Below, piece by piece: positions 7,546 through 13,437 of a stretch of DNA of 13,437 nt. The stretch spans positions 16,713 to 30,149 of the forward strand of contig NVWC01000018.1 in the NCBI GenBank assembly GCA_002317795.1, written 5' to 3'. A program made the translations under genes and the position numbers. How positions within the stretch are numbered: position 1 is the first letter of the stretch; the number at the start of each line of letters is the position of its first letter. The notes beneath the pieces are model-generated. The model was not told the DNA's origin, made no database searches, and saw only the letters and a program-made list of their open reading frames with translations. This DNA comes from Nitrososphaerota archaeon. Its GTDB lineage: Archaea; Thermoproteota; Nitrososphaeria; Nitrososphaerales; Nitrosopumilaceae.

Positions 7546-7890
7546 ATGAAAAAAATTGAAGCAATGGTACCTAGCTTAAGGCGAAAAGATATAGTTGATA
7601 GTATTCTTAACGCAGGTGCACAAGGTGTTACCGTAGTGGAAAGTAAAGGTAAAGGTAAAGGTAACAGACCATTGGTGAGCGGTGCTCGCGGTACTGCAAA
7701 ATATATCGCTGATTATAATAGAATAGACACTATAACTACTGTAGTTGATGATTCAAAAATTGATTCTATAGTTTCTATAATTATGAATACATCTTACAGA
7801 GGTAATAATGGAGATGGGATGATCTTTGTGTCTACAATTGATGAAGCATATCACATAGGTACCAAGTCAAAAATATCTTCATTGGATTAG
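7546..7890 (+). CDS. P-II family nitrogen regulator (GlnB/GlnK-like)
   Basis: MKKIEA start (ATG 7546 preferred over 7522), GVTV.ESKGKG, T-loop RGTAKY, GNNGDGMIFVSTIDEAYHIGT. Confidence 0.92.
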   Translation: MKKIEAMVPSLRRKDIVDSILNAGAQGVTVVESKGKGKGNRPLVSGARGTAKYIADYNRIDTITTVVDDSKIDSIVSIIMNTSYRGNNGDGMIFVSTIDEAYHIGTKSKISSLD

Positions 7891-7922
7891 TATTCTCATT
7901 TCTATTTAACGCATATCCATAA

Positions 7923-7950
7923 TTTCGTAATCTTACTATGGATTATGAAG
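7923..7950. other. 11-6-11 putative recombination site E
   Basis: TTTCGTAATCT TACTAT GGATTATGAAG, between convergent stops (P-II and the DUF1059-like gene). Confidence 0.7.
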
Positions 7951-7981
7951 TAGTAACAAGTTTATCGACAATCAGTAAAAA

Positions 7982-8149
7982 CTAGGCGGGGTATTTTCTC
8001 AGTATGAATTGCATCACAGCTTCTTTTCTATAGTCTATTCCATGTACTTCATTAGTGTGTTGCATAAATTGTACTACGACATATTCTCTATCTCCTTCTA
8101 CTTCAAAATCACACTCAAACCCGTAATCATTACATCTTAGTTTTACCAT
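7982..8149 (-). CDS. DUF1059-like small metal-binding protein (55 aa)
   Basis: Manual translation: MVKLRCNDYGFECDFEVEGDREYVVVQFMQHTNEVHGIDYRKEAVMQFILRKYPA*. It has the C.D.GF.CDF...H...HG pattern and an upstream GGAGGA SD. Not in the ORF track. Confidence 0.85.
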   Translation of the reverse strand: MVKLRCNDYGFECDFEVEGDREYVVVQFMQHTNEVHGIDYRKEAVMQFILRKYPA

Positions 8150-8159
8150 GATATTCCTC

Positions 8160-8399
8160 CTAACACTGTCCCTCTATCCCCATCAAAGTTATCGTTGAAC
8201 GGACATTGTAGATCTTTCTAATCTTTTCCGTGATCAACTGTCTTAATTCTTCAATCTGGCCACATTCTAAAGTTACTAAAATATCATAAACACCAAATAC
8301 TCCCTGGATATTTTTTATACAATCAATTGTTTTTAAATCCGATATAATTTTACTTTCAGACCCTAACTCGCAGTTTATTAAAACAAAGGCTTTTGACAT
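8160..8399 (-). CDS. Lrp/AsnC ligand-binding domain protein (no HTH)
   Basis: AFVLINCELGSE...GVFGVYDILV...IRKIYNVRSTITL. Confidence 0.9.
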   Translation of the reverse strand: MSKAFVLINCELGSESKIISDLKTIDCIKNIQGVFGVYDILVTLECGQIEELRQLITEKIRKIYNVRSTITLMGIEGQC

Positions 8400-8407
8400 G
8401 ATTTCTT

Positions 8408-8647
8408 CTAATTTTGTTCCGGAATTGTCATCAAGCTAAGAGTTGAACGTACATGCTCAAGTTTTCGGATGTTCCAAATAATAGTTTCACGAAGTTTTTC
8501 TCTATCTTGATTCTCTATCTTTGCAATTATATCATATGCACCAAATGTTCCATAAACTTCTTTAACTGAATCAATATGCTTTAGGTCTTCGATTACCGCC
8601 TCTTCAAAACTAAGATCACAATTAATTAGAACAAAAGCAATGTCCAT
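8408..8647 (-). CDS. Lrp/AsnC ligand-binding domain protein (no HTH), paralog of the neighbour
   Basis: AFVLINCDLSFE...GTFGAYDIIAKI...IRKLEHVRSTLSL. Confidence 0.9.
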   Translation of the reverse strand: MDIAFVLINCDLSFEEAVIEDLKHIDSVKEVYGTFGAYDIIAKIENQDREKLRETIIWNIRKLEHVRSTLSLMTIPEQN

Positions 8648-8820
8648 AGATAAATTTGTGTAAAAAAATATTTAAGCAGAACTATGAAAAAGATTTAAAA
8701 TTGTTTAATTATTGTTCATACACAAAAAATTAGTATAACTACATTTTTTAATTTATATCTATATTTCAAAAAGGAAAAAGTCTAGTTTTCATTCCTGTCA
8801 AAAGTAATAGGGTCAAAAAA

Positions 8821-9351
8821 TTATCTGAGAGGCTGCATTTCACGAGTCACAACATCTCCTGAAGAATGCATTGTAACTTCGGTATCAGTAATTTCTCCTA
8901 TAATGTCAAGACAATTAGTATTTTTAATAAAGTCTTCTGTAAATAGTCCATCTGCATATAGATTACGTTCATCATTCATAGTATGACATCTGGCATTAAC
9001 ATTGATAGAATCATTCCGTTTATCATGATACATTTCTAAAACAAGTTGATTATTGGTTTCAAAATTCATTATTCCTACTTGTAGAATGCCATTCCCTCTG
9101 CCTCGTGAATTAAGTTCCTGTTTTGCATCAGGGTATGTTTCATACATCGCAATATATGCTGGATGCGATTCAAAAATAGCTAAAAGTTTTTCATCAGATT
9201 GATAACCACTATTAACAATTTGCTCCCAATCACTGCCGGCATTTTGAATTATGCTAGGAAGAACAGCAAATAACAGCAGACTAAACAGTGTCACTCCCAT
9301 TCCAATTCCAAGAAAGATAATAAATTTGTGTAATTTATGCATCATACGCAT
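8821..9351 (-). CDS. Hypothetical membrane-anchored protein
   Basis: One N-terminal hydrophobic helix (FIIFLGIGMGVTLFSLLLFAVL) followed by a soluble domain with two Cys. The start may be 9345 or 9342. Confidence 0.75.
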   Translation of the reverse strand: MRMMHKLHKFIIFLGIGMGVTLFSLLLFAVLPSIIQNAGSDWEQIVNSGYQSDEKLLAIFESHPAYIAMYETYPDAKQELNSRGRGNGILQVGIMNFETNNQLVLEMYHDKRNDSINVNARCHTMNDERNLYADGLFTEDFIKNTNCLDIIGEITDTEVTMHSSGDVVTREMQPLR

Positions 9352-9501
9352 AGTGGCACATGGTCTCCAATATATGAGACGTTATCAATTACTGTATTCC
9401 ATTTTGCTATGACTGTTTTAGGATCTTGTCTTGCCCATATTCCTTTTACTCCCAAAGCATCAATAATTGCTACAACTCCATGTTCTATTGTTAATACTCA
9501 A
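9342..9501 (-). pseudogene. Truncated N-terminal fragment of a nucleotidyl-cyclase-like protein
   Basis: Frame 9497-9342 reads VLTIEHGVVAIIDALGVKGIWARQDPKTVIAKWNTVIDN...*. It has no in-frame start, and a TTG at 9501 is one base out of frame. VAIIDALGVK resembles the first-strand D motif (V.F.DILGF) of class III cyclase-like folds. Confidence 0.4.
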
Positions 9502-9573
9502 TGTGAATTTAGTATTAAAAATATTTTGCACTGATTTTACTAAAAATTTACAAAACACATTACTGATAATCTC

Positions 9574-9625
9574 TAAAAATAGAATGCCCCCGATTTACTC
9601 GTGAGAATACGACGGTTGTCGTAAT
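9574..9625 (+). repeat. Left terminal inverted repeat
   Basis: TAAAAATAGAATGCCCCCGATTTACTCGTGAGAATACGACGGTTGTCGTAAT. Confidence 0.95.
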
Positions 9626-9653
9626 ACTTTAGAATGAAGATCATTGTAACATA

Positions 9654-10943
9654 TTATGGAACATGAATTAAATTTATTTTATCTCTAAATTCTCGCCGAA
9701 TGATCTTTCTAGCAATGTGTAATTTACCTTCACTATCCTCAATTTCCTGGACACTAGGCCAAAAGATTGCTATGTGAAAATAAATCAAATCTTTCAGAAT
9801 TTTTTCACTTTGTATGTATACATTCATCATTAATCCTCTTAATTGCTCAGAATCCCTTTCAGATTCAAACTTGTTTTGATATTCTTCTAGTAATTTTAGA
9901 TAAGCAGAGATTCTGGAGATTTCAGTTGATATTGTAAATCCAAGTGCAAGTAACAAATATCGAATCAGATGATTTTTTTGAGTTACATAATCTAATCGAA
10001 TTAAACCCAATCGTTTTCCAATTTCTCTTAAATCATTCATCCCAAATTCATGATTTAGTATATCTTCAGGAGGTGTCATCAAACATTTTCCATATAATCT
10101 ATATTCTAAAGGTCCTGAAGAATAACCTTGTTCTTTTAGATGAATATCTAATGCAGTATCACTTGTTTTTTCTAAAACAAGAGATACAAGATCTTTGATT
10201 GGGTCCTCTGAAGAATTTACAATTATGCCATAAGGTGTGATTATACCAATTGAACGATGTTCTTCATCTTTGATATCGATAAATTGATTTTCTATTAAAA
10301 CAATGAACAAATTTTTAATGTCATCATCAGTACCATATATTGAAATTAATTGTTGAATTTCATCAGGAGAATAATTTTTGTTGATTAATAAATAATTTGC
10401 TAAGAATTTAGCATTATCACAAAAATGAGTTAAAGTTTCTTTTGTTACATATGCGGATAATAATTCAACTAAATCGTCTGCATCAAATCCACTTCTTTCT
10501 GCAATTGATCTGGTAATCCCTAAAGGTCTCACAACAGCTCGATGATGTTGGATTAAACTTGGAATTTGTTCATTTTGGATTAATTCTGGCAACAATTTTT
10601 CATAGTCTTTTAGATTTGAATGAGAAATTAAAATTCTTGTTAAATCGCCAACGTTAGATTTTGTAAATTTCCATTTTTTCTTATTTTGACTTAACTTCTC
10701 AGCAATAATTACAGATTCTTCTTTAGAAAATGCAGATAGTCCATCATTAATGAGATCTTTTTCTATGATTTCATCAAATGATGAAAGACCATACATCTTT
10801 TTTGAAAAGTTTGCTTCGTTTCCAGAATTAATTATTTGTTCAATTAATTTTTGATAGTTTGTAGATTTTGGTATTTTGAGATTTAAATTTTTGTTAACCC
10901 ATTCAAATAATCCGGCCTTACTATTTACTCGTAACCTAATCAC
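9654..10943 (-). CDS. Hypothetical 429-aa protein with repeated SAP/HeH-like helical modules; possibly C-terminally truncated
   Basis: Long ORF with GTG start. DLREIGKRLGL...QKNHLIRYLL is SAP/HeH-like. The stop lies 28 bp from the left TIR. Confidence 0.7.
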   Translation of the reverse strand: MIRLRVNSKAGLFEWVNKNLNLKIPKSTNYQKLIEQIINSGNEANFSKKMYGLSSFDEIIEKDLINDGLSAFSKEESVIIAEKLSQNKKKWKFTKSNVGDLTRILISHSNLKDYEKLLPELIQNEQIPSLIQHHRAVVRPLGITRSIAERSGFDADDLVELLSAYVTKETLTHFCDNAKFLANYLLINKNYSPDEIQQLISIYGTDDDIKNLFIVLIENQFIDIKDEEHRSIGIITPYGIIVNSSEDPIKDLVSLVLEKTSDTALDIHLKEQGYSSGPLEYRLYGKCLMTPPEDILNHEFGMNDLREIGKRLGLIRLDYVTQKNHLIRYLLLALGFTISTEISRISAYLKLLEEYQNKFESERDSEQLRGLMMNVYIQSEKILKDLIYFHIAIFWPSVQEIEDSEGKLHIARKIIRREFRDKINLIHVP

Positions 10944-11256
10944 CCGGATAATTTCACCATATTGGTGATTATTGGAGTTATTTTTTTTGATCTATAACAT
11001 CAATAGAATTTTTATCGGTTTTTTCCATTATGGGCTAGTTTCTCCTCGTAATTTCATATTAATTTTAGCATCATAAAAGTATGAAAGTATTCCTCAGTTA
11101 TTTTTCAAGATGATGAAAAATAGAATTATATCTTATAGTAGAATTCAGTTTGCTAATTAAAAATTCTTGAACCTGTGATCTCCAATACATCTCCAGTTGT
11201 ATGGGGTGGAGGGAGTATTGCGTCAGCTTCCAAAATTAATTACGTTACTATAAAAT

Positions 11257-11275
11257 AAAAATAGGATCTATTTTT
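11257..11275 (-). terminator. Possible terminator hairpin after the DoxX gene
   Basis: AAAAATAG-GAT-CTATTTTT with T-tracts, just past the DoxX stop. Weak AT-rich stem. Confidence 0.3.
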
Positions 11276-11287
11276 TATGAACCGTTC

Positions 11288-11740
11288 TTAAGTCGGTTGA
11301 ACTTCGGCATCCTTGCTTTTTGAGATCCGATAATCCAAACCGAACTTTCCTGAGCCATAAAGCAATAACATTATTGCAATACCAATTAGTGCAGGATCCT
11401 TCCATATTGCGGGCCCCATTGTAAAATCAAATCCAAACATCACCTGTGCACCTATTAGAACAACGAGCTGATACGAAACGGCTATCCTCGTAATCAAACC
11501 TATCCAAATTAATACTCCTGAAAGAATTTCTAGACTGCCAATAAGAAGAGCCATGTTTGGAGCCATCATTGGATCGATTCCAGCCATGTTTTGTAACATC
11601 ATTCCAAAAGCTGCAGGATCAGATACTTTGTTTATTCCTGCCCAAAGAAATCCAGCACCTAAGCCCAATCTAACAGCAAGTAAACCAACGTTTATGAGAT
11701 TTTTTGATGGTGGCGTCTGGAAAATGGTTCTTATTGTCAT
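11288..11740 (-). CDS. DoxX family membrane protein
   Basis: LLAVRLGLGAGFLWAGINK...EILSGVLIWIGLITRIA...WKD.AL...LLLYGSGKFGLD. Confidence 0.9.
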   Translation of the reverse strand: MTIRTIFQTPPSKNLINVGLLAVRLGLGAGFLWAGINKVSDPAAFGMMLQNMAGIDPMMAPNMALLIGSLEILSGVLIWIGLITRIAVSYQLVVLIGAQVMFGFDFTMGPAIWKDPALIGIAIMLLLYGSGKFGLDYRISKSKDAEVQPT

Positions 11741-12093
11741 TTCTTATCACTCACTTTATTCAATTTAGCAACAATTTCATCAAATACAAATTCACTATTC
11801 TCAAATAATGGTGAAACACAATATATTACATCATAATAATTTCCAATTTTTCTTACAAGATTATTTTTTTCAAGAACTTTTAGATGGTGTTGAATCGCTT
11901 TGTATTCAATACCAAGTTCTATTGCTAATTGGTTTCTATTGCTTGACATTTTTCTGAGTGCTGACATAATTCTAATTCTGTTAGGCGCTCCTCTACTTTC
12001 AACAAAGAGACCCCAAAACACTATTTTTGTCTGAAGAGGACTTTTGGCTTTAATTGTTCTAGTATTTAGAATTTGCATTTTCCACACTTCCAC
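11737..12093 (-). CDS. ArsR-like winged-helix transcriptional regulator
   Basis: SRGAPNRIRIM...NQLAIELGIEYKAIQHHLKVLEKNNLV. 4-bp ATGA overlap with the DoxX gene. Confidence 0.88.
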   Translation of the reverse strand: MEVWKMQILNTRTIKAKSPLQTKIVFWGLFVESRGAPNRIRIMSALRKMSSNRNQLAIELGIEYKAIQHHLKVLEKNNLVRKIGNYYDVIYCVSPLFENSEFVFDEIVAKLNKVSDKK

Positions 12094-12158
12094 ATATCCA
12101 ATAATTGACTACGTTATGAAATTACTTAATGATGATCAAACGTACACTGAAAGTTTGT

Positions 12159-12476
12159 TTAATTCATAGTTCTTAATTTGTGATACAGATTGTATTCAGT
12201 TCTAACATCACCAATTGCATATTTGTAAAAAATAGAATCAGAGCTTCCATTAGATCTGACAAATTGATTGTATGCATCTAAAATTGCCAAACCGCCACTG
12301 ATTAGATCCAAAACTCTTTTACGGCAAAATTCTAAAGACCAACCTTTGATACTGGTAGTTTTAGCACCTTCCATTTTTGCACGTTCGATAACATCTAACT
12401 TATTTTTGTATTGTAGGATTTTTACTTTTAGGACTTCTATCAATTTATGCTGGAAGTAAGTTCTTTTCGGACGCAT
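12159..12476 (-). CDS. Hypothetical protein (may be a fragment)
   Basis: 105-aa ORF with no recognisable motif. Confidence 0.4.
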   Translation of the reverse strand: MRPKRTYFQHKLIEVLKVKILQYKNKLDVIERAKMEGAKTTSIKGWSLEFCRKRVLDLISGGLAILDAYNQFVRSNGSSDSIFYKYAIGDVRTEYNLYHKLRTMN

Positions 12477-12582
12477 TTTTCATTGCATCATTAATCGGAT
12501 TAATTATTTGGATCGTTAACGTATCCGCAAGGATGATTTTACCGTCTGTATTTTTCTAGATGTATACGTTAATGTTTTAATC

Positions 12583-12634
12583 ATTACGACAACCGTCGTA
12601 TTCTCACGACTAAATCGGGGGCATTCTATTTTTA
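12583..12634 (-). repeat. Right terminal inverted repeat
   Basis: ATTACGACAACCGTCGTATTCTCACGACTAAATCGGGGGCATTCTATTTTTA; single mismatch to the left copy at 12610 versus 9598. Confidence 0.95.
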
Positions 12635-12844
12635 CTGATAATCTCTAAAAATACAAAGCCCAGTTTTTGTGTGTAAAAAGTTGATACTAACCTAAACTAT
12701 AACGTGAGTTTGTGTGATTATTCATTTAAGATATAAAATCACATGATTGATGAATTAATTCATCCCGAAGACGAAGATCTTTTTAAACAAATTTCATTTT
12801 TTTCAATAGGATTTTTATCTAATGATGAGAAACTATTGTGAAAA

Positions 12845-13437
12845 ATGCCCATAAAGACTGAATTGCATTGTCATAACTCATTTTCAAATTTTCATCTTGG
12901 ATACAAAGAGCCCCCACATGATTGTGATATTTCGATCAGAGAACAACTAGAACAATCATATCAATTGGGATTGGATACAATTTTTGTTACAAATCATAAC
13001 ACTTTGGATGGATATGATCAGTTATTAGAATACAAAAATGATCATACCAAATTTAAAAACATTGAAGTTTTTCCAGCTGAGGAGATCACAACGAATACTG
13101 GTGCACATGTTTTAGCATATGGAATTCATGATACAATTCCTGGAGGGATTTCTCTTGATGAGGTAATTGATGAGGTATCAAAACAGGGTGGTGTAACGTC
13201 TGCCCCTCATCCATTTAGTCTAATTGATGCTCTACGTGAAAGTGCCAAAAAATGTGATATGGTTGAAGTTTTCAATAGCAATAATGTTGATTTGGTGTCT
13301 AATGTACGTGCAGCTCAATTTGCATTGGATAATAATATGATTCAGGTGGCAGGTAGTGATTCACATGTAATATCTACTCTTGGTAGATGTGTTAACGTAA
13401 TTGATTCTGAAAATAATCTTGATGATATTTTACATGC
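12845..13437 (+). CDS. PHP-domain metal-dependent phosphoesterase (3' truncated by window edge)
   Basis: Manual translation: MPIKTELHCHNSFS...IFVTNHNT...PAEEITT..GAHVLAYG...SAPHPF...VEVFNS...AGSDSH. Missing from the ORF track because there is no stop in the window. Confidence 0.92.
   Translation, partial: MPIKTELHCHNSFSNFHLGYKEPPHDCDISIREQLEQSYQLGLDTIFVTNHNTLDGYDQLLEYKNDHTKFKNIEVFPAEEITTNTGAHVLAYGIHDTIPGGISLDEVIDEVSKQGGVTSAPHPFSLIDALRESAKKCDMVEVFNSNNVDLVSNVRAAQFALDNNMIQVAGSDSHVISTLGRCVNVIDSENNLDDILH

Larger units (their letters stand above)
9574..12634. mobile_element. Non-autonomous TIR-bounded element (3061 bp) with an 11-bp flanking direct repeat
   Basis: 52-bp inverted repeats at 9574-9625 and 12583-12634 (51/52 match). 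CTGATAATCTC flanks them directly at 9563-9573 and 12635-12645. No transposase is recognisable inside. Confidence 0.85.
499..12661. mobile_element. Integrated element / genomic island between guaB and a PHP-domain gene (boundaries approximate)
   Basis: It contains two tyrosine recombinases, a replication-like ATPase, a repeat field, repeated recombination-like sites and a TIR-bounded unit, between two housekeeping-type genes. I did not find an attL/attR pair. Confidence 0.65.

Noticed and set aside
9337-9534. Plus-strand 65-aa ORF
   Set aside because: Antisense to the more protein-like cyclase fragment.
9983-9993. Isolated arm-like sequences (TTACATAATCT at 9983, AGATTACG at 8960, CTATTGTGAAA at 12833)
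   Set aside because: No partner arm at 6-bp spacing, and two of them are inside coding sequence.
9944-10198. Plus-strand 84-aa ORF
   Set aside because: Antisense shadow of the 429-aa ORF.
11154-11234. Short minus-strand frame MEADAILPPPHTTGDVLEITGSRIFN
   Set aside because: 26 codons with no recognisable homology.
11553-11768. Plus-strand 71-aa ORF
   Set aside because: Antisense to DoxX.
12268-12559. Plus-strand ORF 12268-12459 and a hydrophobic plus-strand frame ending near 12559
   Set aside because: No credible start for the hydrophobic frame; the hydrophobicity is expected from the antisense of A-rich sequence.
12743-12841. 32-aa ORF MIDELIHPEDEDLFKQISFF...
   Set aside because: Too short, no supportable family, and it overlaps the likely PHP promoter.

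Overview
AT-rich DNA that looks like a Nitrosopumilus-like ammonia-oxidising archaeon (judged from protein families). The 3' end of guaB (1-498) and the 5' part of a PHP-domain gene (12845-end) bracket an accessory island of about 12 kb. The island's left part is a mobile-element core: tyrosine recombinase 1, a DUF5615/PIN-like protein, an AbrB-like protein, a C2H2 zinc finger, an AAA+/P-loop replication-like ATPase with a C-terminal wHTH, and tyrosine recombinase 2, followed by a dense TGTAGCT repeat field. Downstream are five copies of a 28-bp 11-6-11 imperfect palindrome (consensus TTWCRTAATCY-N6-RGATTAYGWAA) at 5749, 5832, 6512, 7425 and 7923. These sites fall between self-contained gene modules (RHH+Zn-finger, HxlR+ABM, P-II, then DUF1059+two Lrp domains), giving the layout of a pdif-module or integron-like cassette array. 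Further right is a separate 3.06-kb unit (9574-12634) with no transposase, bounded by 52-bp terminal inverted repeats and an 11-bp direct repeat. All calls are from reading the sequence by eye; no searches were run.
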